Source: Paramecium tetraurelia
Taxonomy: Eukaryota
DNA length: 64,000 nucleotides
Assembly (NCBI GenBank): GCA_000165425.1
Contig: CT868657.1
Coordinates: forward strand, 124,001-188,000
Reading direction: 5' to 3'
Shown here: one piece after another, positions 27,452-40,175 of the stretch
Layout of the letters: each line of letters opens with the position of its first letter
Position numbering within the stretch: the first letter of the stretch is position 1
Program-made: the position numbers and the translations under genes
The notes under the pieces: model-generated
Databases searched by the model: none
Told to the model about the DNA's origin: nothing
The model's input: only the letters and a program-made list of their open reading frames with translations

Positions 27452-28066
27452 TTGCTCTTCTTGCAGAATAATTTAAAAAAATAAATATTATCAAAATAAT
27501 AATTCACAATCGCATTTAAATTAATCCAAAACAAGACTTATCATTTATTATCAATATAAAAATTTACTTTAATAAGAATAATCAAACTTCCCCTGTTCAA
27601 ATAATAGAAAAATAGATTTTTAAGATAAAATACGCAATGCATATCTGTTCATTATTTAAAACAATTGAAAAAAACTATAGCTTAAATTTTATATCAATAA
27701 AATTGCCAAACAAAGTTATCAGAACGAATAATATTATACGATTTGAATTTAACGAATAAATATCAGTATAATAGTGCATTAATTTAATTATACATGCTAT
27801 GTTTCAGATTAGTGTAATTTTATAAATAGCCATCTCTCCTGAAAAGTTCTTTCAAGTGATATTGTTTTATCTTACTATTTGCAATCTAAATGACCTGAAT
27901 CTTTGAAAACTATCATTTCTTGATTGAATAAGTAGTGCTGAAATACTCATTTCAAAGAATTTATAATCTTTAAACATTCTTAAAAATATAAAAAAAAAGT
28001 GTATTTTAACTAGAATAGCAATCAATGTATTTAATTATATATAAATATATGTTATTATATTAATTA

Positions 28067-28783
28067 ATGTAATTATCTCCATAATCACAAACTATATTTC
28101 AATCCTTATTCATTGAAAAAACTAAAGATCAAATTAATAATATTCTTCAATATAAACTATCCCAAGCCAATAAAGCAAGATAAAGGTTTGTAAAAAATTA
28201 GATCGACAGGCCTAATACTTCTATGGTTTAGTAACCAAATGAAATGGATTTCTCACAAAATCAATTTGAAAAGCATAGAAAGATTTCAATGAATGATTCT
28301 CAACTTACGGTTGTTACAATAAGAAAACCATAGAAATTAATGCATACAATAGAACTTAGCCCCTAAATCACACCCATTACTTCATTTCATTCTTAAAGAA
28401 AATATAGACAGTTATAAATGTGCGAAAAATAGATAAATCCGACATCTTAAGTTCATAGTCCTGAAAATGAAAAATAATTTTATTTCAAGCAAAAATAATA
28501 TAGAAATAAATTGCAATTAAAGAATAGCGAGAATAATAACATCAAACTAAAATAATACGCCAAGGAGCAACGTTCAAATAGCAAAGGAGTTTAAGAGTAT
28601 ATTAAATATTAAGATGAAATGGATGATTATTTTAGAGATAAGTTATTTCAACAGCAAAGATAATTGATTGAAAAAATCGATAACTTTAAGATTTCCACAA
28701 AAAGACTTGATTAATAATTAGAACCAATTGGACGCCTATTAGAATTAAGACTTTAAAAAATGAAAAAGAAACAACCGTAATGA
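28067..28783 (+). CDS. Hypothetical hydrophilic protein (238 aa)
   Basis: ATG-to-TGA span of 717 nt in code 6: MQLSPQSQTIFQSLFIEKTKDQ...QKMKKKQPQ. Confidence 0.75.
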
Positions 28784-29023
28784 TGATGATTGATATTTTA
28801 ATTAATCTAATTATATTGATAATGAGAACTCTCAGTTCTTAACATATAAAGATTGAAAAGTTGAGTTTACCTATAATTCTAAACTATAAAACTGTTATTC
28901 TAAATTGAAAATAGGAATAAGTTCTAATTGATTAAATAAGGTTTTTATTTTAGACTAATATATAGAGATATTTTTATGATTAGTTTTTTATGAAATTAGA
29001 ATATTTATATTTTATAGATCTAA

Positions 29024-30591
29024 ATGAAAATTAGTTATCGATTTTGTTTGAATGGTCATTTTACTAAGATTGATCATTAAAACTACATTCAAAACCAAGT
29101 GATTGGTATCTGTATGGAATAAAGCTGTAAGGCCCAATAATTTGTTTGTTAAGAATGTATAGAAAGGGATCATTCTGATCATAATTCTATGATATCCACT
29201 TTCGATTAGATTCAATTACTAATTTCTAGTTATTTTAAGGATACCTTTCTAAATATTCCCGATGTATTTGATTAAAACTGTCAATAATAAGAATTTTAAG
29301 AATTAAAATAATAAATATATGAAGAATTTGAGAAATTAGAAACTCATTTTAACAAAAGTTAGGAATAAATTAAAATATTATTGGATGCTTACAAGATTAT
29401 TTCAAAAATAAAAGATGGTTGCATCAAGGACATTAGCGTGGAAGAATTTAACATCCTTTTTGAAATATTTTAGAATCAGAAGATAAATAATTATTCAGCG
29501 CTGCATTCTAATTTGACTTTACTAAAAAATAAATCAAAATTTCTTAGTAACAAAGTGAAAGAGATTTAATAACAACTTACTTCTTCTCAGATTAATTCAG
29601 ATACCTTGGATTTTAGCAAATTTATAAGTAGAAACATAAAATAGAAGATTATATCCTAATTTTATTCATAGAACCTTTTGAATTACTCTTTAGTACCTCA
29701 GGACTATTAGTTTATTAAAGGAGCAAGAATTGGGGAAATCGAAAATAATAATGAAATCTACTATGGAGAAATAAATGAAAAGTAAATCAAGCATGGAAAA
29801 GGTATTTTTGAATAATAAAAAGGTGTTTAAATTATAAAAAATGGTGATATTATATATGAGGGTATTTGGGAGTCAGATTAATTGCAATGGGGTTAAAAAA
29901 CAACATTTAATGAAAATTCTGAATGCTGTATATTTTAGGGTAAAATGAATAATAAAAAACTTAATGGATTTGGATTAAAAAAAAGTTCATTTGATTATGA
30001 GTAAAATTGAATTCATTTTTATAGAGTTAAAGCACATTTTATGGATGATAAAATTTAAGGAGAAGGAATTCTTAATACTAAGAAAGGAGATTAGTATTAA
30101 TATTATAATATATTAGATATAAAGGAGAATTTTATGAAAATAAGAAGCATGGCCATGGAGAGTTTCATACAACAAAAGGAGATAGGTAAGTCATTCTCTA
30201 ATCTAGATATGAAGGTGAATATTGGAAAGATAAAAGATAAGGAAGAGGTACTTATTTCTTTCCTAATGGTGATATGTAAATTTACATTTTATTTAATTTT
30301 AGTTATAATGGTTAATTTTAAGATGATTAAATGCATGGTAAAGGAGAACTCAAAATATAGAATACTGGAGATATGTAAAAAATTAATGAGAATTCTAGAT
30401 ATACTGGTTCATTTAAAAATAACAAAAAAGAAGGAGATTTTGAAATCAAACATTCCAATGGATAGATGTATAATTAAATTATTAAATAAAGTGCTAAAGT
30501 TACCTTTAAAAATGATTAAGTAATAGGAAATGTAAAATCAATTATCTAAAAAGCAATAAAAGGATCTATATTTCATGATAGAAAACAATGA
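29024..30591 (+). CDS. MORN-repeat protein with N-terminal Cys/His (B-box-like) motif and coiled coil
   Basis: CMEQSCKAQQFVCQECIERDHSDH, then YYGEINEKQIKHGKG, YEGIWESD, YKGEFYENKKHGHG, YEGEYWKDKRQGRG, YNGQFQDDQMHGKG. Tiny introns between repeats. Confidence 0.88.
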
Positions 30592-30895
30592 TTTATATAA
30601 TGAGTTTCTAATATTTCATTTCTATTATTAAATGTTAATCCTATAATAATGAATATAAATATATATAGATATCAAGATATATGATGCAGAATTCTATAAT
30701 TTTATTTCTTTAATTTAAATCCAATAAAAATAATAGAATTTATATAATTATATTCAAATCATGTAAAATCAATATGGATGGAACTTGCTTCATAACCTTA
30801 TTAAATTTTAGATTTTATAATACTCAACTTAACTTTGTTTAGCTGATCTACCTCCATAAACTAGAAAAGCAAAGCTACATATTATCTATAATCTG
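29883..30895 (+). repeat. Left arm of ~1 kb near-identical inverted segmental duplication (partner 46485-47496)
   Basis: Reverse complement of 46485-47496 matches almost base for base, including introns and intergenic DNA. ORF-track entries 30134+ and 47246- have near-identical translations. Confidence 0.95.
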
Positions 30896-31103
30896 AGTTT
30901 TGGTAATAGTTTTGTAATTCTATACTTGGACTTTTTCCTCAAAAGTCAATACTATTAAATTTTTGTTCATCCATACACATAAAAAGGCTTGGACAGTTAA
31001 TAGTGAAAATTGTGCTATAAGACTTGATAAGAAAAGAATTATTGAAGTAAGTAGAAACGGAAGCTGTCCTTCTGGAAATTTCTCACTTGTAGTTGGAGTT
31101 TGA
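30761..31103 (+). pseudogene. Frameshifted copy 1 of the 117-aa unknown gene family
   Basis: Starts MQNQYGWNLLHN... like the 46620 copy. 1-nt deletion near 30884 plus further frame disruption. Family motifs TWTFS and AWTVNSEN lie in another frame. TGA TGA at 31101 replaces the terminal LG codons. Confidence 0.85.
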
Positions 31104-32090
31104 TGATGTATATGGATTAGTCCTAGATTTATTAAGATAATGGTTTTTATTAATAATTTTTTAATCATATCTAGGGACTTTAAGATTTGGAATAAAATCT
31201 TTTAGTATAAGAATTTATTTACTTAAGATTCTAATTTGTATTGATTCTGCTATAAATATACAAGATACTTTAATAGAGAAATCTTTTATTAATTTTTAAC
31301 CCTTAGAATGAAAAACATGAATAAAATGAAAAATATAAGGATTATTTAGGCATATTTAGATAATTTAGATAACTTACAGTTTAGTGATCGAAATAATTAA
31401 TTTAAATTACTAATTGTCTATCTCAGCACATTAAACTTTTCTGCTAATATCATAAAAAATATAGAAATTTCCTTATTATTATTTTAGATATGTCAATTTC
31501 CAATTTAAAATTGATATATCATATTGTTGGGCCCAGTCTGTGATCTGTCAATAAAGATTTTAATGATATCCTGGCAAAAGTATACTTAATAGACTTATTG
31601 TTTACGAAAATACACTAATCAAATTAAAGCTACTAATCAATCTGAATTCATTTATTTCGATAATGAAAAAGAATAAAATATGTTAAAATTTGATGGATTC
31701 AATCTAATAAGATCTCGACTTAAAAATATTGAACCAAAATAATTTTTGGGTTTCATTAAAATTATCCAAATATAATCAAAAATAAATTAGAAAAAATGTG
31801 ATCTAAATTCTATTGATTATATTGTTATCAATAAATAATCTTTAAATTATATGATAAGTTATTTTTATCAAGGATATAGTGTTCTAATCTTTAATTAGAA
31901 TTTAATATTTACATTTTATATTTAATTTCTTAGGATTAAAAATTGTTAAGAATTGAGACATAAATATGTGTACTTTAAATTACTTCTGATCTTATTGTTA
32001 TTATATCGTAATTAATGCGAATATGACTGGATTAAGAAAATAAAAACTTGTATGATTTATAAATTAAATTATATATCAATAATTTGAATA

Positions 32091-33236
32091 ATGAAATTAG
32101 TATTTTTGTTTCTCTTTGCAAGTTTTTTAGTATTAGCTTAAGAGAATATTGATACTAATACTAATGGAGATGATGCTTTGGAAAATATAAAGAAATTAGA
32201 AGAATAGGAATCGGAAGCGATAAATTCAACTCAGGATCATATTCCATAAGATAATTCTAATGAGCAAAACAAAACAAATTAAAAAGAAGAATAGAAAGAA
32301 TCAATAGATAGCGAAGAATTGGCTGATATTATTGAAGAAGCAGAAGAAAATATAATTGATTTACTCGAAGCATTGAGACCTTTGTTTGGGGTAATTAATG
32401 CCTTACTTAATGTACTAGCTTAGATTCGGCGATTAAGACAGAGATAGTGATGGTTAGGTAGTTGAAGATCAAGCAGAATAAGATAATGATGGTGAGCAAT
32501 AATAATCATAAAGTACAACTTAGGAAGATCCTGTTGAACAAATAGCATAACAAGTATAGACTGACCCCTTGATGCTGTAATGGGATCAATTAATGATTGA
32601 TTTTGATCCTGAAGATTTACTTACTTTCGAATTACAATCTGGAGCTACGGAAGTAATCTAAAATAAAAACTAATTATAGATCCTGTGTGAAACAATCAAG
32701 AAGGCAACTACTATAAGAGGGGCATACTTTATTCCTTAATTCAGAGTTGATCAAAAGATTGATTTCTACATTAAGACTTCCAATAATACATTGTTATATT
32801 CAAAGGAAAGAGTTCAAGAGGGTATTTTTAAAATTGATGTTCCTGAAAAAGGAGAATATAAATTCATTTTCACAAACAAAAGAGTATTATATTATACATT
32901 ATATTTTAGACAAAAGAACCATTAACGATAACTTTTGCAATCGATGTTCACGATTCTCATTAAGAGTTCCTTAAATTAGCTGATTTAGATCCTCTGGCTC
33001 TTAGAATAGAGAGGTTATCTACTGCAATGAGAGTAAATTAAATTTATATCAACAAGGATAATTATTTTTATGACAAGATGGCTGCATAGCAATTTGAAGG
33101 AGGTTTGAGAGAAGTTGAAAATGCTAACAATAAATTGTTGCTTTTCAGTCTGATTGAAGTCATTGGTATTATTGCTATTACAGGATGGTAAGTCTTTTAC
33201 ATGAAAAGAATTTTGAGTAATTAGAGAATGATATGA
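32091..33236 (+). CDS. p24/emp24/gp25L family GOLD-domain protein with acidic N-terminal extension
   Basis: Signal peptide MKLVFLFLFASFLVLA, E/Q/D-rich spacer, GOLD-like (GEYKFIFTN), coiled region, TM LLLFSLIEVIGIIAITGWQVFYMKRIL. Confidence 0.9.
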
Positions 33237-33304
33237 TTATATATATCTGTTGTATTGAACTTTAAATTTAATATATATATGTATTCTAATGAATTATCTT
33301 TAAA

Positions 33305-35901
33305 TCAATATAATTCTTATAAACATATGTTAGGTTGTCATTACTATCATCAATTAGAATCCTTTTTGAAAGATTGCATCTTTTAATAGTTATTAATTTG
33401 TTAATCCAGATTATAATGCGGAAAATAATCCTCAAATGAGTTGATTTTCTCGAAAAACTCCAAGAAATTGTTCTCGATTGATATTATTCTATTCAAGTTA
33501 TCTTGAACCTCAACGTGACTGTTCACCATTGTATGATTCTTCCTTTAATCTCTATTTTTAATTTCAGATTGCACATCAGTGTGATATCGCTAATATTATT
33601 ATTATTATTCATCCTTCTATAATGCATTTTTATTAAACCTTTTCTTCGTTTGTAACACACTGTCTTGTACTCTTTGTAAGGCTTTATTATTCATTGAAGA
33701 TCCATGATCTTCAGTTTAATCAAGTCTTTAGAATTTGGATTGTGCAATTTCTTTGATTTCATTAACGAAGATTTTTCTGCTGCTAATGCTGCTACTCACA
33801 CCTTGAGATTGGATAAAGAATTCTGAATCCACTTTCTTTGACTATAAGGTTTAGCCACTATGCGAATAATTAATGTAAGGAACAGAACTTATTTCTAGTT
33901 AATTCATGAAATTATTATTGTTCTAGCTTTGCAAAGAGTTGGAAGAGGGTAAAACCTTTTAGAATGATTCAACTTTATCGTATTCTTCTGAATTTAAAGA
34001 TTCAGAGTCCTCCTTTACATCGATTTAAACTTAAGCTAGAAATCTTCTCTTCTTTGTATTTGCTTACTAATTAAATAATACAAGATAGTTACTCTTTTAA
34101 AATCAATAATTCTATTCTAATCTTTATTTAAGATATAATTATGAATGACTTAGGCTGTATTTAGCTTGTAATTTACAATAGGACACTCTGTAATATCATG
34201 TTCCTTAAAACAACTAAAACATTAGATGTTTATCAGGTGAGATTGATTTTCAATCATAAGAGTGTCAATAAGCATTCTATACTTTTAGAATTCTCTAGGA
34301 AATTATCGGATCAAATTCTAGAATTGATTAGAATCTAGAGTAGCTATTTTTGAATATCCAATACTCTTAAATTCTATTCCCTATATTTGATTCTTAAAAA
34401 AGGCAATGCTATTGAAGATCTAAAATGCATTTTAAATTTTAGCCAATTTAAATTCTTTCTAAGATGTTTAGCATTTTTAAACTATTCCTATTTATCCTTC
34501 CAAAAGAAAATGAAGGCATTGTTTCTATTGTATCACCTTGTTTGGTTATAAAATGTCTTCCTCTATGATTTCGCACAAATTCAATAAGGTGGAATGAGAA
34601 AATGACTTTTTAAATATAGGTATGTTTTATAATATCTTAAAATACTTTTCTCTCTTCATCTATTATTGCAAATGTATCGGAAAACTTTTCATATTGAATT
34701 TGTTAGATCCATTATCTTACTAATAATTGACTATGGACTTCAAAGTCTTAGGGGCATAATTAATCTATTCATCCAATGAAAGGGAGTGATAATTTATTAT
34801 CTATCTAATTTTGTGCAGATAAAAAATCAATAAGAGAGTCCTAATCAAGTATACAATGAAATAATATTGCTTTATTATGATGGGATTCTGAAACAATACA
34901 GCAAATATGCTTTGGATATAGTTGATATAGTCTTGTTGTTGTTCTGCAAATATATATATAATTGTTTAGGCAATAAAGGTAGCAAAATGAAGTTAAATGG
35001 TTGTCTATATTATGAACACCTAATCAGATTAATTTATATATAAAATTAAGTTTTGAACGTAATCAGTAATTTTTTAGATTCTTATTAGATACAGCATATA
35101 AAATATTTTCTATGCATCACCTATATCCATTAAAAAAGCAAAAAAAGGTAGCATAGTTATTACATCTGCAAACATGCTCCATAGGCAAAATTTATTGATT
35201 ATAATCTGATAAGTACACTCAAGTAATTAAAAGATGATCAAAAAATAATGGAAAATCTATTAATTGCAAATTTTTAATTAATTACAGCCCAATTCAATTA
35301 ATAGGATGGTCAAATAAAATATTAAAAAGCATATATAAAAACTTTAGATTACTTGTTTAGCGAGGGAATCCTATTTTAGGCGATTTAGAATTTATTGTTT
35401 TAGTGGAATGATATAGGCTGAAGATAAGTCATGAATAATTTTGAATTGCTACTTAGTTAATATTTGTTGTCTGAACAGATTTGATCTTGATAAGTACAAC
35501 AACTTTAATGATGAATGAAGCTTATTTGATTTATTCAAATTGCATTTTTGATACAGTAATTCGCAATCATTTGACTTTTTAATTAAACTTTGTGAGTCTT
35601 CTTTGTTGTTTGGTTCTTCATTGATGAGGAGCAAATCTTTATGATTATTAGGAGATATTCTATCTGAGGCTATCTATACACTGATCTGAGTTACAGTAGG
35701 GGATTTTTGATTAGTAATTTTAATTTAATTGTTGTCAATTTAGGCTTTACGACTCTCTTGGGAAGGATTGCGCACTCTCATTTATTACTGGTTAATTTGA
35801 GACATAATTTGAATGATTGGCTTACGAAATGAGTCTTCATTTGGAGGAGTGGTGGTTGAATTTTAAATCATTAATTATTATATTGAAATATGATTCATCA
35901 T
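33305..35901 (-). CDS. Divergent cyclic-nucleotide-binding-domain (EAG/CNG-like) cation channel family member lacking a GYG filter
   Basis: LTKQQFKIIHDLSS, TM segments (ADVITMLPFF, YLIRIQKI), C-linker/CNBD (ILQNIPIFKKSFSHSTLLNLCEIIEE...LHFLLEGQI...FKSIGYSKIATL), then CFSCFKEHDITECP knuckle. Confidence 0.8.
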
Positions 35902-37037
35902 TCTATTTATTTAAGAATTTCTTGAAATAGTTTCACAATAGTCTTAATGAATTGAAGCAGCATTAATTTTTTTTTATGTAAAATATGAAAAATCACAGGC
36001 AGCTCTTAAATATTCAGCAAAGCAATACATTTATTTAATTGAAAAAGTTCAGCAATATACTGTTTTATATCATATTCTGAAATAAAAATTCATGAAACTC
36101 TATTGTTGCCATCTCTTAAGTTGTTTCATCATCAAATTTTTTAGATAAAAAGTTTATTAAATCTTAACAGTTATGAGATATATACACACTAAAGAAATAT
36201 GGGAAATTAATGTGGCAATCTCAATCTTACCACATTCATTCATATCAATTTCTTACTTTCAATATCATATATGGTATATTGAATGAAATTAATTCTCTTT
36301 TTTATTAACATATTTAAGAATCCTTTTTATTTTGGTGGTATTTTAAATATATTTCATATTTTATATTTTAGAATTATCGGCCTTTGGAGAAAGCAGAATT
36401 TAAGTGGGAATTCCTCAATAAATTAAGAATAAATTAGTCCCAAAAGATCATCAGGATCTCAAAATTTGATACTATTCTTTACAAAAAATCAAATTTACAT
36501 TAAATTTTCATCTATTTTTACCATCAAGACAATTACTATCGTAATCATATTTTAAGATTAACAATTATTTATAATTACTCATAGGTGTTTATATAATTTT
36601 TATAATTAATACTATAATATCTGGTATTCGACGCCGATGAAGCCATGTAATAGAACAACATCGGGCTTTTTGAATCCAAATTTCTTTAGCACTTGCGAGA
36701 AATTATTTGATTGATCAAACAAACTCAAATATCAGCAACAAGTGCAGAAACAATTAAATTGTTTATTCGATTCCTTCATCCCAACTAGTCATCGAACTAC
36801 TAGCTAAGACATTTAGAATCTTATGGTTTCGGTTTACATGTGAAGTAAGTGAGATATATCACAACAATGTTCACGTTGTAGTACCGAAAACCTTAAATTA
36901 ATTATTTAATTAATGAAAAAATATTTAATTTATTTGGTTATATATTAGTGGTTGTCATTCTTAAGACATTAAATAACAGTATATATATAATATTAAGTTA
37001 CTAAATATACAATTTATGATATATAATATTATTTATT

Positions 37038-40000
37038 TCAAAAATTTCTTTTTTTAAAAAACTTATTATATTACTATCCAAAAGTATATGGTTTCTCATA
37101 CCTCCTCTCTTCTAGACTTTCATTTGGATTGGCCCTTTGTCCATCTGACGATCTCATAATTCTTGATGGTATTCTGCTTCCAGGGGATTTTGATTGTGGT
37201 CTTTGATAACTTTTAGTCGTAGGTCTTTCAATGGAACTATTGTGGGTGAAGTTGGAGGTATTTTAGTAGAAGGTCACTTTGGAATTACCAAATGATTAGT
37301 TATTTTAGCTCAAATAATAGGGAGATTTATAAGTTGATGACAATTGAGTAAGTTGTTGAACCTTTGAATGTTGGGTTTTCTCGATAACAGAAGTGTTATT
37401 CATACCTTTGACACTAGTTTTCCTAGAACTCACAGTTCGTTTTCTACATGATGAAGGATTCGAAAGGATTTCTTTGTCTTACGTTAAAAAGGTTTGCTTC
37501 CTGAGTTGGAGATGACATTAGCAAGAGCAACCTACGGCACAATTTTGCGAGATTTGTAATTAATCGCATATTTCTCCCATGATGGCACTAATGTAAGGTT
37601 CGTTATATTTCTAGTGTTCCATTTGATTCAATTTCATAAGAGTCTGATTAATGGAAAACAATTACTTCTTCTACGACCCTTTTGAATTGTTTCTCATCTG
37701 CTAGTTCATTCTTGTAGAACTTAATTATTCTCCGCTATAAAATTTTGAGCAAAGAAGTAATCAACTTATTATACTAACCTTCCAGTTAGCGAGTAGCAAA
37801 TCCAGAATAGACTGACATTAAGTAATATGAAGAAATTACAATATTATAATATTTCACTTTTATTTTAAAATGTTTCCTTTATTTCTCAGTAACGATTGAA
37901 TGGTCTCGAACTTAAATGGAAAACCTACATTACAAAAAATTGAGTACATGTCTACTATTATTCTGTATTTGTTCTAGGGCGATTCTAAGGTGTTTTATTT
38001 TAATGGCCTTGCTATTATTTTAGTTTTTAAGAATTGATATAGGAAGAATCTGGAGATCGGTTATTTACTCTATAACTAATAGGAGTGTGCGAGTTCTATT
38101 TCTCGATTGCAGTCTGTCTTTCAGTTCTACAAACATCAGAAAGTAAGGATTTCAATTAATTGCTGTTATTTGTGGGACTTTATTATTAAGTAGGATTTGA
38201 TCTGAGATTAGGGTTATTCTTATGAGGTTGTAATTAAATAGTCATGGTGCTATTAATGAAGTCTTAGGTGGAATTGATATTGCTATTGCTAGTATTACAG
38301 GGATTAGACTATTTCTTAAGATAAATACTGAAATCGAATTGTCCTTAGTTTTATTATTTGAGATTATTTCTTTAATTTGTGGGCGAGTGATCAGATCCTC
38401 TCTTTTGATTAATCATCTATTCAATCAAATCAGCTTAATTCTTAATAATAGTCTTAATTTGTGATTGCTATTGTGTTTTTGGAGGAGATCTGGAATTCAA
38501 AAATGTAGTAATGAAATTATTAGTTAATTTAGGAGATTAATCCTATTTAGCATTTTATTTATAATTGTTGTTGATTGGGATTTATATCTTTTAATTATGT
38601 TTCGATGTTGAAGAGGTTTCTGAATTTTACAAAAAAGCAGGTTGTTTTTCAGAAGTACTGGATAATATGGATTCTTCTTTTATTACATCCAAATTTATAT
38701 TATAATGTTTGTGATAACTAGTTATTAGATGACTGATGTAAGGAGATTAAGTAGTTATATGTCTACAGGCTATTTCAATTGCTTTTAAGTGGTACATTTC
38801 ACTTAATTTAAACTCTTCAGTATCTATTTTGTCTTCCTTCACACCTATTTACTTAGCTTTTTCTAATTCCATGAATCTTAATTCAGTTGCAATAGTAAAG
38901 TATGAAATCGAAAAGTAGATTACTTTTTCTAGGATTTATCTTTTAGCTAATTCATAAATCATCTCACCAAACTGAGTGAAATCATCATAAACTTACGGTT
39001 CCATATGCATGATAGATCCAATATTGAAATTCTTGATCCACTCAGCCAAATTCTAAATCCCTAATAATGATCGATATTCCTCATTTTGAGATACTAATTT
39101 TAATTCTTTTCTCAAATGCTTCTCATTATTTTCTGGATTATTCCTCCAAAAATATAACTACTTTTTAGCTTCCTTCAATAACTGTTTCTCATTCACTGGG
39201 ATTTTTTCAAGATCGACTTATCTTATCATATCCTTCAATATATCTTTTGCTCCATCAATCACCAACCTGCCAAATTCAATTTCATCCTTCATCTAGTACT
39301 TCTGTGTTTTCTTCTATTTGTCTTAATCTTGTTATTGCTATTCTTATTGATTGCTTCTGACTGAAATATTTGATTATGAAGTAGTGGCAGTTCCTAAAGA
39401 TCCGTTGTTCTACGACCAAGATTAACAGAAGTGATTCGCTATCTTGAATAACTCTCTCATTGTGGTTGCTGCCTTCTATGAATTGAGAAGTGCCTTGTTA
39501 TGCCTATGTTTTATTAGTTTTGAAGCTTACTTTCCCATTTAACTTAAAATGGCTGTATATTGTAAATAAGCTTTAGCTAGAAAAGTCTATCTCTTCACTA
39601 ACTGTGCTTACTTCTCTTGAGCAGTGGCAAAGTTCTCTAAATCTTGCTCGTCCTCCTTAATGGCTAATTCCATGTTATAGATAACACCATCCAAATATTT
39701 AGAACATTTATCCAAAACCCATTAGCTTGAATAAAAGCATTCATTACCATTGATAAGCACAGGCTTAATTATATAGAATTATTATAATTAGGTTTCTATC
39801 AATAACTCTGCCACAACTTGCAGCAAACTAAGATTATTGAAATCTATCATACTTCTAACATCTATTCGGATTATTATAGCAATTTCAAAGCCTCTTTGTA
39901 TTTCTGCTATTTAATTTTAACAGTTGCCTATTCATTCAATAAATTGATCTGTTACATTAAAGAATCTAAAACTTATTGAGTTTTTGTGAAATACCTGAGT

Positions 40001-40124
40001 TCTTTAATAGTTATTTTAGGTTTTATTGTTTCGTGTATTATTCTAAATCTTCATCCTCCTCTTGTTTATATGATTCATCCTCTAGTCCCATGGAGTTATT
40101 TGAAATTGTTTGTTAATTATTCAT
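37038..40124 (-). CDS. Hypothetical ~1000 aa protein with helical/TPR-like N-terminal half and low-complexity C-terminus
   Basis: MNNQQTISNNSMGLEDESY... Helical segments such as KAIEIACRHITTQSPYISHLITSYHKHY. Ends FFKKRNF-TGA. Confidence 0.75.
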
Positions 40125-40175
40125 TTTATAAAATATTATTTGATCAAAAAGGTTATTATTATAAAATAATTAAGC

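Noticed and set aside
27452..27515. ATG CGA TTG TGA ... as a TGA-readthrough N-terminus for the membrane protein
   Set aside because: That frame also hits further stops downstream. The split-ATG two-intron model explains the gene without recoding.
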